Source: Eledone cirrhosa (lineage: Eukaryota). From it: DNA of 64,000 bases. Below the pieces are notes generated by a model that worked only from the letters and a program-made list of their open reading frames with translations, had not been told where the DNA came from and made no database searches. Made by a program: the position numbers and the translations under genes. Positions 14,718-28,334 of the stretch are shown here, piece by piece (position 1 is the stretch's first letter; each line of letters opens with the position of its first letter). The DNA lies in contig OZ024749.1 of NCBI GenBank assembly GCA_964016885.1, positions 33,914,001-33,978,000 on the forward strand, read 5' to 3'.

Positions 14718-14937
14718 GCACCCACACTCCACACCCTCACTAAGCCTTTTGTAACATTTACTCCTGCGTTGTTGTCGATTTTTACTTTCCTATATATATA
14801 TATATACATATCTGAAAATGTAGTAAGGAACCAGGTGGACCATAACGCACCAAAGTACTCAATACTTAGTGTGGGTAATAGGAACGAGTGGGACCCTGGC
14901 GGCCGAGCTCAAGCAGTTCCTTACCACATTTCCTTCG

Positions 14938-14972
<35 letters not shown>

Positions 14973-15122
14973 AAAAAGAGCTCAAGCCGTGAAATGGCTT
15001 GAGTTCTGCCGTCGGGTCATACTTTTTCTTATTACCACTCCACTACCCTAAGTATTGAGTACTCTGGTGCGTTATGGTCCATCTGGTTCCTTACCACAAT
15101 TCCTTCGTTTTATATATATATA

Positions 15123-15169
<47 letters not shown>

Positions 15170-15377
15170 ATGACCATGTTACTAATATTGTCAATTATAC
15201 ACACACACTATTTGACTTTCACTTCGCTTTTATTGTATTAGTTCGTTATATTACATAATTGTCAAAGTTCTTTCACCACACACTCAGTAACCACATCAAC
15301 GACTATTTGCTTTTGCTTTCATCTGCGCGTCCTTTTCTTTCTAGCTATATTTTATTTAGTCACATCATGCCTGCAGT

Positions 15378-15476
<99 letters not shown>

Positions 15477-15762
15477 GTCGGTTCATCAGTTTGAGCACTC
15501 AATGCTACAGTTTCCCCCTCACATATATATATATACAAACATGCAGTCATACATACATACGACAAGAAGATGCATATATATACATACACATATACATTTA
15601 TAAAGAAATATATATATATATATAAGTATGTATGTATATATATATATATATATATGGATGTATATATAAAATATATATATATATATATATGTATAAGTAT
15701 GTAATGTATGTATGTATATATATATATATGTATAAATATATATATATATTTATATATACATC

Positions 15763-15813
<51 letters not shown>

Positions 15814-15866
15814 ATGTATTTATAAATATATGTATATATATGTATAAGTATGTATATATATATATG

Positions 15867-15930
<64 letters not shown>

Positions 15931-15942
15931 TATATATATATA

Positions 15943-15978
<36 letters not shown>

Positions 15979-16659
15979 CACACACGACATTCTATTCTGC
16001 AACGGATGCCGGGTGCCATTTTACTCTGTTTAATGTCTAAGCACGAAATAAAAACTGAGTAGAAATATATAACTATAAAAATACGATTTTGAGATGCAAT
16101 GGATGATTCTTCATCGTCTTTTATAGTTGTAAATCTATTTTTCAACTCTATTGAGACGGTCACGCAATATGGCTAACAGAACTGCCGCTAAAAATGGCAG
16201 TAAATCAAAAATGTTTACGTATTTTTTTTGTTCTAGGTCTGAAAACACATTTCAGAAGAAAACATGCTTTTGAAACCATTTGTTTATTGATGCTTAGATA
16301 ATCGACTGTTATATTTTTGTAGTCATGAAGAAATTTGAATAGGAAAAACGTGAAAACTCATTAACATATTAGTGAATGACTGATTGGATTTCCACCGCCG
16401 TTAAAAAACTGAAATCGATGGCAGCCATGTTGCATTTCACTTGCATATAACATATGTTGATTTACAGAAACACTCGTCTGCGGCACCAATGGAGAGTTAT
16501 AAACATATATACTCACTTATTACATGAGAATATATGTATTTATGTATCTATGTATGTATATATATATATATGTGTGTGTGTATGCATCGAAACATCTATG
16601 ATCTCAGTATACAGCTGATGAAGGATTTCTTCTCTTGTTTCGTCCATACTACCATCTTA

Positions 16660-16734
<75 letters not shown>

Positions 16735-16751
16735 TATATATATATATATAT

Positions 16752-16924
16752 AATAATAATATATTTGAAGACTAAAATTCAAAGAGGGCTCGATAAGGAT
16801 AAATATATATCAAATATATAAGAACCGTAGAACAAATATTTATTAAAATAACAGATTAAAGTTTAAGCAAAGAATCGTTGCTTTCACCCTTAACGGGATC
16901 TTCCGAAACTAAAAAAATCAATCT
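16752..16924 (-). mobile_element. family P1 copy with complete HHR fold at 16860-16910 (core CGGAAGA)
   Basis: Minus strand AGTTT-CGGAAGA-TCCC GTTAA GGGT-GAAA GCAA CGATTCT TTGC TT-AAACT; another copy at 37633-37810 has core TAGAAGA. Confidence 0.75.
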
Positions 16925-17050
16925 GTGAACGCAAAAGTAAATATTTCGAAAAACGTTGCAACCGAAGGAAGAGAGGAAGACAATACTTTGGTTCGTGGAA
17001 ACGTTCCCTGGCAAAGAACGGAAAAAATATGTATATACATATATATATAT

Positions 17051-17226
17051 TATATAGAAAGAGCTTCTACAGGACTAGAACTGTTTCATTCGGAGGAAAT
17101 CATCCTGATGATTTCCTCCGAATGAAACAGTTCTTGTCCTGTAGAAGCTATTTCTATATTAAATCTTTATACTCCGCTATGTATTGAGTATCTTTCTTAC
17201 TATGGTTTCCCCCGATTGAACCCGGG

Positions 17227-17230
<4 letters not shown>
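17051..17230 (+). mobile_element. TA-island family P3: palindrome centred on the start of the HHR core (HHR 17105-17148)
   Basis: 17051-17104 inverted to 17107-17159; CTGATGA-TTTC CTCC GAAT-GAAACAG TTCTTGTC CTGTA-GAAGC; 3' end CCCCGATTGAACCCGGGATAAA then (TA)n. Confidence 0.8.
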
Positions 17231-17268
<38 letters not shown>

Positions 17269-17434
17269 GTAGAACACTGGAAGGTAATATCCGTAGTGGT
17301 AGAGCACTCAGTCCATGGGACGAGTTAGATAGAAGTGGTTACACAACAGTTAGTTCACCATACCAAGAACAATTGTTTCACCTTAGCGATATATATTGTT
17401 ATACTTTTGGAGGGCCATACTGCCGCCAATAATG

Positions 17435-17493
<59 letters not shown>

Positions 17494-17617
17494 GGAGGTG
17501 AGTTTTATTGTAGTACAATAAAGCAATGCAGATATCGGATAAGAAGCACTCTACAGTTTTGTAGGACTGGAGTATACATAATATATAAGATCAAAAGATG
17601 GTTAAATGAGTTCTATG

Positions 17618-17688
17618 TATTTTATTATGCGCATTTCAAAAACAAATATCATCATGCAATAACATTTGTGTTTTCATCAGATAAAATA
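17618..17688 (-). ncRNA. type I hammerhead ribozyme motif
   Basis: Minus strand TATTTTAT-CTGATGA-AAACACAAATGTTATT..GATGATATTTGTTTTT-GAAA TGCGCA TA-ATAAAATA; 8-bp stem I, long stem II, palindromic stem III. Confidence 0.85.
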
Positions 17689-17689
17689 T

Positions 17690-17803
17690 GAGGACATGAT
17701 ATGAAGGTTAAACATACTTGTGGATAGTGCAGTTTTAAATCAACATATGTTGATTTAAAACTGCACTATCCACAAGTGTTTTTAACCTTCATATCATGTC
17801 CTC
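17690..17803. repeat. loop-less palindrome, 57-bp arms, immediately 5' (minus sense) of the HHR
   Basis: Centre CAACAT|ATGTTG at 17746/17747. Confidence 0.9.
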
Positions 17804-17938
17804 CTTCATATAATGTCCTCCATATATATATATATATATATATATAAAGAATGAATAATAACAGGTAGACATCATAAAAAGGTAATTTATTGCGTGTGCT
17901 TACAAGTGTTTCCACGGTGGTACTGCAGCCTATACCTA

Positions 17939-18033
<95 letters not shown>

Positions 18034-18036
18034 GGG

Positions 18037-18084
<48 letters not shown>

Positions 18085-18085
<1 letters not shown>

Positions 18086-18595
18086 TATTTCTTTATTAGC
18101 CACAGGGGCACAAAAGAAGGGGACAAATACAAAGGGGGAAGTTTACATACAATAAAAACGTGTAAAATGTTATCACAGATGGAATTTAAAAGTTAGTCGA
18201 TTTTCCCCAATAGAGGGAGACAGTTTATATGGGTAACACATACCCCCGAAAAAAAATGTGCAACCCTCATCTCCAGGAGTACGAAGAGCTTGTACTCCTT
18301 TCCTCTCCTCCTCCTTTTCCTCAACCTACAGGCTGATATAGAGAGAAGGCCCATTCACTCGGGCCATTCTCGCCACTTTCACCCACCTTTCATAAAACTT
18401 GCTGGGGTACAGCACCTCTCTCTCAATCCTGATTCTTCTTCCAAAGTGGTATTTGATAAAAAGAATCAGTTGTTGGCCGGAGAGAAAGGTGTCTGACCTC
18501 AGCCCTTTCAACCTTGTCCACCATACAACCTCTTTCGCCATAGCTATCACACAAAGGAAAACCGCCTCTCCTTCGTTTTTGAAGGAGGGTGGCTA
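18085..18595 (-). mobile_element. Tx1/L1-like non-LTR retrotransposon 3' end within (GATA)n
   Basis: Minus ORF ..AVFLCVIAMAKEVVWWTRLKGL..EREVL..FYERWVKVARM* resembles an L1/Tx1 ORF2 C-terminus; 3' UTR ends in AATAAA; (GATA)n on both sides. Confidence 0.6.
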
Positions 18596-18967
18596 GATAG
18601 ATAGATAGATAGAAGCAGTTTGACTCTTCCTTGCTCATTGACTGATACTTTAATTATCGACAACGAAATTTAACATTTGAACCCAGAACGCAAGGAGCCG
18701 AAACTAATACCAAAGTATTTAACGATTCTCCCTATTCTATCTCCTCTATATATGTTTCTAAATGTCACATTGCTCTATATAAACATGCTCCTTCTAAACG
18801 TCTTGTAGTTGGTAAAATGTGTTTGAAATGTAAAATAAAAAATCACATTCAGGGAGTTTGTGATTGTACTAAAATCTTTGCAGAAATTGAAAAACTTGTA
18901 AATGAAAATTCAACAAACATCTACGAAATCAACCTAAAAACGTCACAATAATCAACTTAAAACTTTA

Positions 18968-19154
18968 ATAATTGTTTCTACTTTTGGCACAAGGCCAGCA
19001 ATTATCCCAGTGCATTACTGGTACTTTATTTTATCGATCCCGTAAGGAGGAAAGGCAAAGTTAACCTCGGCGGGATTTGAACTCAGATCATAAAGGGCCG
19101 TAACTCTATGCTTCAAAGCATAGCGTCCGACCCTCTACCGATACTGCCAATCCA
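18968..19154 (-). mobile_element. SINE family A inserted in the Gypsy relic
   Basis: Family A consensus; lies between the gag knuckle and the protease motif. Confidence 0.85.
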
Positions 19155-20411
19155 CAGTTTCACACTGGCAGTCCGGTAAATGTAATTCCTGAGAACTTCA
19201 GGGCTGAAATTAAGATTGTGTAATCTCAAACTAAATTATTTTGATTGATCACTCATTTAATTTTTGGGAAATTTTAACGCATTAATGGAATCTGGTTAGA
19301 GCTTAGATGTTATGAACGCCACCTTTGCTGAATATAAAGAAAACCACGGCTTTCTTGGTGTAGACATGATAAATGGTGATAGTTCATCATTAATTCCTGA
19401 GTTTGAAGCTTCGAGACGGTCTGGGTTATAAAGAGGTTGTAAGGTCAGCATTCGTTATGTTGAAGTGAAGAAAAGACATCACCATTATTCATTAAACCAT
19501 TTGTCATAGCAAAACCAAGGAAACTAATTGATGAAACTGTCGTGTTTCTTCGCCAAGGAAATGAATGGGGCTCCCCTCTAGTGAATGAGCGGAAGCCGGA
19601 TAGAGATCTCAGGATATGTGGAGTCTCTACATCAAGTGTAAATGAAAGAGTTGCTCAAATATTGAATTGGCATTTCCTTCTCTTGTCTATTAAAGCATGA
19701 TATATGTTGTTAATTTAGATGTGAAAGAAGAAAATATAAAATAGAAATGTGCTCTGAACTAAGCAAAGTTACTACCAGTCACCAATGAGAAGTTATGATA
19801 AATACACAAATAGGTCTTTTAAAATAAACATGTCTTCCATATGGAATTAAAACAGCCAACGCTATGGTTCCGGAGGCAACTGAACATGTATGTTACAGGA
19901 AAACTTAGTATGTTTTTTATGGTGACATTTTTAAATAGACAAATTAATGTAGATAAGACCATACAAAAGTTAACATTCTCAGACATGATAGTCAATAGAT
20001 AGAAATCTGTGTTAGGGGCTAGGGAATTGTCGCTGTTTTGTTTTTGCTGTTCTTTTTTTATATAAACGACCATCAAAGTGTATATCTCCGGATCATCTTT
20101 AATAGCGATAATTCTGGATGTAAGAACACCAAAGTACAAGAACAAATTTGAATTCTTTCTTATATTTATCAGTTTCTATGTGAGATATATTGAAAATTGT
20201 TATTCAGTCTATATATAACTTCTTGTATCACTTCGTTAAAATGGTGTCCTATTTCCATGGGGAGTCCAACAAGAAAAGTAATTCAAGCATATAAAAGAAG
20301 GATATGAGCATCAAAGCCAGTAGTCTCAACTGATACAGTTAAAAATAATATATCAGGAATGCCTTCACCATACAGACATCTGGAACAATATATTCAAATT
20401 TTGGCGGTTAT

Positions 20412-20605
20412 ATAATTGTTTCTACTTTTGGTACAAGGCCAGCAATTACCCCAGTTCATTACTGGTACTTTATTTTATTGACCCCGTAAGGATGAAAGGC
20501 AAAGCTAACCTCAGCTGGATTTCAACTCAAAACGTAAAGGGCCGTAACTCTATGCCATGAAGCATGTTGTCCGACGCTCTACCGATTCTGCCAACCCACC
20601 GCCCT
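20412..20605 (-). mobile_element. SINE family A inserted in the Gypsy RNase H region, with TSD
   Basis: Family A consensus; GGTTATATAAT at 20406-20416 and 20606-20616. Confidence 0.85.
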
Positions 20606-21074
20606 GGTTATATAATGGCGGTTATATAATGTAGTAAAAAAGTATGACATTTTCGGTTTGGGCAAAAATTGAAACTGGTCTCAAATCATGAACCACTAGA
20701 ATTTATCTTTTGTATAAATTTTGGTCTATCAGAAAAAAAACATGTACATATAGTATAAGACGAGCCTTACACATTACTTTTGGTGAAGTACAATTTCTGT
20801 TGAAAACAAATTCCAATGGCATACGTTCTAAGACTAAAGATTCACATGCCACGTGTTAATGTATTGTCGAGAATGAAATTTGTTTAAAGTGTTGGTTCGA
20901 ATAAACATTATCATGAAAATGGTGGGTTTGTTTTTCATTCATCTTGAAGAAACAAATGTTATAAAATGTAAAAATATATTTTATCTGCTAATATAAAATA
21001 TGTTTTTAAATTATAATTTGTGCAACTATTCTGTTAGTCACCGCTCATATAAGACATTAAAAGCTGAGCCTGAT

Positions 21075-21352
21075 GATGAAATTAACCTGCTCGTGAAATT
21101 AACGTGCAGGTGGCTGAGCATTCCACAGACACGTCTTCCCTTAATGTAGTTCAGATTGAGATTCAGCGATACACAGATTGTGACGAGGCTGGCCCTTCGA
21201 ATTACAGGTACAACTCATTTTTGCCAGCAGTGTGGACTGAAACAACGGGAAATAAAGTGTCATGTTCAAAGACACAACGCGCCACCGGGAATCAAACTCA
21301 CGACCTTACGATCGTGAGCTGAATACTCTAACCACAAAGTCACGCACCTTCA
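21075..21352 (-). mobile_element. tRNA-derived SINE family B
   Basis: Reverse-complement homologue of 36633-36950; head GTGAAGGTGCGTGACTTTGTGGTTAGAG..GTGAGTTTGATTCCCGG. Confidence 0.8.
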
Positions 21353-21784
21353 CCCGATGGTGTATATTGTGGTTTAAATGGCAACAACAACAAGCAATCG
21401 GTTGGAATTGAAAGCATGGAAGCTACTGTGAGGATGTGGAACGATATATGAAAAAAATGTCTGACTGTGCAGGAATAAATACAAAATTATCTCACATGGT
21501 GCACACATGGCATAAAGAATTTAGAACATACATACGAGAACATCCGTATTATGCTTACGTCAAAAATTATAAGTACATCTGATAGTGGAATAGACACTAA
21601 CAGTTGTGTTAGAGTCAATTCTCGTATATTCGTTTCCGGAAGACATAATGTCAATGTCTCTTAGACTGGAGTGTAGAGTCTGCCATTCTTTTCCTCCTCT
21701 CCGTTACTTTCGCTATTTAATTTTTCTCTCTTTATCATTTTTATTGCATACATTCCTCTCTTTTTTCTTAAAGCCAGAAGGCTC

Positions 21785-21992
21785 ATCAGACTGGTGCTTT
21801 CTTCCGGTTCCATGGCGTGAAGCGACTGAGAGTACAAGACCCCCCTTCAGCTATTGCTGGTACTCATTTCCAGCTGAGTATACTGGAGCAACGTCAAATG
21901 AAGTGTTTTGCTCCAGAACAAAACACGCAACCCAGGAAGCGAACCCACGACATTATGATCATAAGTCCAAGACCCTTACCAGTAGGCCACGT
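21785..21992 (-). mobile_element. tRNA-derived SINE family D (also 26975-27228 minus, 54940-55102 plus)
   Basis: Head GTGGCCTACTGGTAAGG..GGTTCGCTTCC; GAGCAAAACACTTCATTT box; tail TCTTGTACTCTCAGTCGCTTCACGCCATGGAACCGG. Confidence 0.75.
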
Positions 21993-22142
21993 GATTCCAC
22001 TCATTGCATACATGATTTAATCTAACTGAAAAGCCATTTTCTTTGATATGATGTCAATGTTATATTATGGCTGAATAAAAGACTTGATAGTCATGGCTCT
22101 CATGCGATTGAACATTTTTATTTTGTTTTGTTTTTGAATTAA

Positions 22143-22449
22143 AGCTGAGCTGGGTTTAAGATAACAGCTACCTAGTTGAGCTGGGTTTAAGACGACAAAC
22201 TAGCTGAGGTGGGGTTAAGACAACAGCAACCTAGCTGAGCTGGGTTTAAGACAACAGCAACCTGGATGAGCTGGGGTGAGGAAAACGACAAACTGGACGA
22301 GTTGGGTTTAAGGAAACACAACCTAGCTGAGCTGTCATTAAGCCAACAGCAAACTAGTTGAGCTGAGTTTAAGGCAAAAGCTTCCTAGCTGAGCTGTCAT
22401 GACGCCAACAGCAACCTAACTGAGCTGGAGTTAAGACAATGACAACCTC
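22143..22449. repeat. ~31-bp minisatellite, 10 diverged units
   Basis: Consensus AGCTGAGCTGGGTTTAAGACAACAGCAACCT. Confidence 0.9.
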
Positions 22450-22922
22450 ACATATAAGGGTCTTTGTTTTTTATTCTTTATTTCAAAAATAAGTTTTAAT
22501 TATCTAAACATTTTGAAATATATAATAGGTTTGTATATGTAACATACTCGTGGCCAGATGAAGTCTACACCGTTCTTAACTCTTATTTTCCTTATTACTG
22601 AAATAGTTATACCATAGTTGATGTGCTTGTTGACGCAGCTGCAAGCATACAGAGTAGATCCTGTGTTGTGGCCTCCGTAGATTATTATTATTATTATTAT
22701 TTATATAAACTTCAACTATAAGATTTCTAAAATAATCCGCAGCTAAATGTGAAACTGTTAAGGTGATATCATTTGTCTTTATAATAAAATAAATAGTGCT
22801 TTGATTCAACTGTAGAGAACATAATATTGTAAGGAACCATTTTTATAAGAGAATTATCGCATAATTAGAATTTCGTATGTGTGTGTGTAAATATATATAT
22901 ATATAGACAGAGAGAGAGAGAA

Positions 22923-22953
<31 letters not shown>

Positions 22954-23164
22954 AAGATATATATATATATATATATATATAATGTGTGTGTGTGTGTGTG
23001 TGTGTGTGTATACACGTGTGTGTGTATTAGTATGTACGAGTGCACCGCCTCCTATAATGGGATTCACCTACTAACATCAGGAAAACTAAGTATTTTATGA
23101 AAATGTATGCCAAATTACCATATATTAAATGACTCACACACACGCATGCACATACACACACACA

Positions 23165-23203
<39 letters not shown>

Positions 23204-24264
23204 ACATATATATATACGGGGCTGTATGTTTGTGGTTGAACTTACGTATATGCTTACATCCAACGTGTCATTTCTTTGTTAAAGAAAGTGTGGGTTGATT
23301 TGAGGGATGGTGGTGGTAGTGGTGGTGGGGATTATGTTGGTTTCTATGGGGGGTGTAATTGTGGTTGTGGTGGTGACGTTTTCACTCGCTGTAGGAATCG
23401 ATCTGACGACCTTACGATTTGTGACCCGAATATTCTGACCACTAAGGAACGTGCTGCCTTCATAACATGAACTTATATATCGAGTTAGAAACATCATCCA
23501 AAGTATGACACCTCGATATTCTAGAAACAACAACTAAATTCCATCAAATATATGCTACCGCCCGAAAAACAAAGAAGATCACAGTGGAAAATGCAATCCT
23601 TGATAGATGAAAAAAATGCATCAGATCTTATATATTTATTCAAAAGCAAAAAACAAACCCTATTTAGTAAGAAAAAATTAAAAAAGGGGAAACAAAAGGA
23701 AAGAAAGCTAAGGGAAATATATAAAAAAAAAGAAAAAGAACAGGAAAGGGAGGGGATGGCAAGAGTTCTCGTGTCGCAGAGAGAGGGTGAAGGGGTGGGT
23801 GATTGGGCTTTGGGCCTAGAGCCTAGGGCAAGGGAGCAGGAATGCTGCGCCCCGCGGACAAGACGGCAAAAACATTCCCCCGCCTGAAAAACAAAGAAGG
23901 TCACAGTGGAAAATGTAATCCTTGATAAATAAATAAAAGCAGGGTTTCATGCTAAAACGCATCAGATCGTATATATACAGAATAAAACAAACCTAGGGAA
24001 CTAAACAACAAGAACATTAGAGAGAAATAGTTATCTAATGTATTAATTGAATGAGTGGGTTGAATATATTTTACATTTTACAATAATTAATCTCTCAATC
24101 AACACTAAACATATTAAAGATTCCATGTGTGAAATAATATAAAGTCAGCAAAATCTTCTTTGGTTCTTTTACAATTATGTGATTATGTGGGAACAGCAAC
24201 AAGAATATTTTCAAGGTCTTCTTCAGTCAAGCGATTGTTGTTTCAGAGAGATGGTAGTAAATTT

Positions 24265-24334
<70 letters not shown>

Positions 24335-24444
24335 GTGTGTTTGTGTGTATGCGTGCCTTTCACTCTCTCTCTCTCACTCTCGGCAAAAAGGGTTTCAACA
24401 CGAACGCATCCTACCGACAACGAAATTGAAAGTAAACAGAGTAA

Positions 24445-24487
<43 letters not shown>

Positions 24488-25266
24488 AGTGTGCGTATGT
24501 GTGTATTGTTTACTTTAAATTTCGTTGTGGTATATATATAGATAAATATATACATATATATATATTTATGGATGGATGGATGGACAAGTATATGTATGCA
24601 ACTATGTATGTGTGGATTGATATATATGTGAGTATGTATTAATGTATGAATATATGTATGCATGTATGTATGTGTATATATATATATATGTGTATGTGTA
24701 TATGAATATTTATGGATGTATGTGTATATGCCAGGTCAAGACGTTCACCATTTTCAATCTACGCAAAGTACAATTATGTATTTATGTTATATTTCAGCTG
24801 TTCAGTGTATAATTTAACGTATACATGAAAAATATGCAGAATTTAACATATATATATATGAATAATAATGTAAAATATAGGAAATGGAATGGAGCTCTGC
24901 GACTGGAAAGAATTTAGAATTGGCAATAAAAATATGTAAATTGTAATAAAGAAGACGAAGCAAAAACTTGGTGGAAGATATAGTGAGAAGTTGGAAGAGG
25001 AAAGATGGGGAGGGCGTGAGTGGAAGAGCGGATGTCGTGGTAAAGGAAGAAAGGAAGGAAAACAGCGAATGAGAGGAGGTTGGTGTAACGCCAAAATCAA
25101 CCACTACATGGCAGAAAGACCACCTAAGTTCTCTTGGTTTATATAACATAGGAACCTGTGTAGAATACATGCATACGCACAGATACGTACGCCCATGTAT
25201 ACAACCAAACAAACCCATAGAGAGAGACGCCAAGTATGATTCTGTATGTATACACACACACACACA

Positions 25267-25312
<46 letters not shown>

Positions 25313-25396
25313 AACACACACATTCTATCCTATGGTGGAAAAAATGTATGCACCTTCCTTTTCTTACTCTCGCCTATTCTTCTATCTCTCATTCTA

Positions 25397-25432
25397 TCTT
25401 CTGATGAAGGGCTAATGCCCGAAATGTTAAGA
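25397..25432 (+). ncRNA. minimal type I hammerhead ribozyme motif
   Basis: TCTT-CTGATGA-AGGGC TAAT GCCC-GAAAT GTT-AAGA; C>T at the CpG of stem III. Confidence 0.75.
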
Positions 25433-25533
25433 CTCTTTTGCAGCTATATAGAGGGTTAAACTAATATATAATATGATTTTACTGTATTGTTCTCCTCTGT
25501 TATTTTTCCTTGCTGATTTTACATAAATACATA

Positions 25534-25616
<83 letters not shown>

Positions 25617-26272
25617 CATACGTGTGTGTCTGTGTATGAGTGTCAGTGTGTGTGTGTTTATGTACGATACACTAAAAGCATCTCTGCGTAGTGAAGTAGG
25701 GATGTTGTTCTCTTGAATTCAACAGGATTTGTAAAATGTTCTTGTTTCGACAGTTGAATTTATTAATGAAGACATCAACGATAGAGTTTATATTTGGGTT
25801 ATTATATAGTTTACTATAGTGAAAGAATGGCGGCAGGGAGGGGGAGGGCGTTACAGTAGACGGTTTAACATCCTTTTATTGTATTTCCAGCGTAAAATAG
25901 AAAAATACAGGACTTTTACATTTACATCTGGAAAAATTACATTGGCGGTTGATGTTATCGTTTATTTGGCTGTGTTATATTGTCAATGGCGTCAGGTGGT
26001 CTACTTTAAGATACGATGGAAGAAAAATTAATGAGTAACATGAATTAATGGTTTCAGATTTAGGAACAAAGCCAGCAATATTCTTGTCTGATTTTGATGG
26101 AGTGGAAGCTGGTAGGAAGAAGCTAGTAATTGAATGGTACTTTATTTTATCGACCCTCGGGAAGTTGCCCTTCAAAAGTTTCACACGAGCAACTATGTGC
26201 AAGACAGAAGGTTCTACGGGAGTGGCTTTTTCAGGCTTGTTTGATAACAGCTCTTAGTAACTGAAGAAGGAA

Positions 26273-26467
26273 CGATCGACTTTTCGTCAAATCGGACCGA
26301 GGAAACAATGTTTCCGTTGGTCTTTCCAATTGCTAATACTATCTATCACTCGCAACTCCAGGTAGAAGGAGCAACGTGAAATAAAGTGTCTCGCCCGGTC
26401 CAGGAATCGAACTCACAACCTCACGATTGCGAATCCAAAAATTCTCTAACCACTCAGCCACGCGCCT
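26273..26467 (-). mobile_element. tRNA-derived SINE family C, internally deleted
   Basis: Homologue of 28480-28697 and 42607-42820. Confidence 0.8.
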
Positions 26468-27325
26468 TAGTAACTGAATGGTACTTTATCTTATCGAACC
26501 CTGGGAAGGATGAAGATAAACTTGACCCCGGATAAGTTTTGAATACAGAATGTAAAGAGTCGGATCAAATAACGCCAAACGCTTGTCAGACACTCCCCAC
26601 CCCCTCTCACCTGAGTATAATATAATCATGTTTTCTAATTTAGGAACAAGGCCAGTAATTTCTAAGGGAGGTGTGAAGTCGATTATAACGACTCCAGAAT
26701 TTACTACTACTTTATTTTATCGACCCCTGGGAGGGTAACAGAAAAGGTTGACCCTAGCGGGGTTTCAACACAGAACATAAAGCATCGTACCAAATATATT
26801 AAAGCAGTTAGTCCAACGCTCCAATGGTGTTCCCATGGCATCTAATTGAGGCAGAACGCCACCAATTGGAGGGTAGTGAAAAGCCGAATATAACGAACCC
26901 AGTACTCGATTGGTACTTCTTTATATATATACACCCTGGAAGTCTACGTTTAAGGAATCTCTTAACTTATTTAAGGCTAGTTAATCCGGTGTTTATCCTG
27001 GTTTCGTGACGTGAAGTGACTGAGAGTACAAGACTATCTCCTGGGCAGGAAGCCAGTCCATCGCAGGGTTAAACCCCCAGCTATTGCTGGTACTTATATT
27101 CAACTGAGTATACTGGAGCAACGTGAAATGAAGTGTTTTGCTCAAGATCACAACACGCAACCTAGCCCAGGAATCGAATCCATGGCATCATAATCATAAG
27201 TTCACGACCCTTACCACTAGGCCACGCGGAGGTGTTAATTGGGCCTCGGTGGAATAAATATCGAAAAGCATTTCTGCTTCCTTCTCGACTGGTTCTGCCA
27301 ATACCACATGGTTAAGTAAAATAAA

Positions 27326-27497
27326 ATAATTGTTTCTACTTTAGGCACAAGGCCAGCAATTACCCAGTGCATTACTGGTACTTTATTTTGTCGACCCCGT
27401 AAGGATGAAAGGCAAAGTCAACCTCGGCGGGATTTGAACTCAGATCGTAAAGGGACGTAACTATGCTGGAAAGCATGGCGTCCGACCCTCTACCGAT
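27326..27497 (-). mobile_element. SINE family A copy
   Basis: Close match to the family A consensus. Confidence 0.85.
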
Positions 27498-28056
27498 AAA
27501 ATAATAAACATTTGAAACTGATCTAATTTAACACTTCCGTGAAATAATTTAGACTCATCCGAACAATGCTGAATTCCTGCATTTAAAATGTTAATGGAAG
27601 GAAGAGACAGCGAAATAGCAGAGTCGGATAGAATGCTCTGCAGTGTTCACTCCAGTTCTGTGAGTTCAAAACATGTGGAGGTCAATTCTACCTTTCATCC
27701 TTTCGAAGTCGATAAAATAAATGTACCAATCCAGTACTGTGCTCGGTTCTTCCTTGGTGCATATAGGATGGGCTCCGCAAAGTTTACAATGCCTGAAATA
27801 CAAGGTATGTCAGTACGGCGCCCGTAAGAAACCATCGGGAGTTACGGGTTCATACATAGATACAATGGAAGGAAGTAAAATAAATAGTTCTCCCCTTTTA
27901 TTTGAAGAGTCAATAGTTAGTTCCAGCTGACATTGCCGGAAATACCATTCTTTCTCAGTTAGATAAGTATACTAAGGTATTTAAAGCTTGTTGTCTCATT
28001 CACTGACAGCATGACATTGTGTATGTATGTGTATGTATATATATATAAATATACGT

Positions 28057-28113
<57 letters not shown>

Positions 28114-28132
28114 GTTGTATATATATATACGT

Positions 28133-28178
<46 letters not shown>

Positions 28179-28187
28179 TATATACGT

Positions 28188-28222
<35 letters not shown>

Positions 28223-28224
28223 GT

Positions 28225-28257
<33 letters not shown>

Positions 28258-28259
28258 GT

Positions 28260-28294
<35 letters not shown>

Positions 28295-28296
28295 GT

Positions 28297-28334
<38 letters not shown>

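Larger units (their letters stand above)
18755..21660 (+). mobile_element. decayed Ty3/Gypsy (Mag-like) LTR retrotransposon gag-pol relic
   Basis: Colinear degenerate motifs: CCHC knuckle CLKCKIKNHIQGVC (18820-18861); protease HTGSPVNVIP (19161, D>H); RT EWGSPLVNERKPDRDLRICG (19563) and INTQIGLLK*TCLPYGIKTA (19798); RNase H GQKLKLVSNHEPLEFIF (~20660-20710); integrase Zn region EDVERYMKK..C (~21430). Order PR-RT-RH-IN. Confidence 0.85.
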
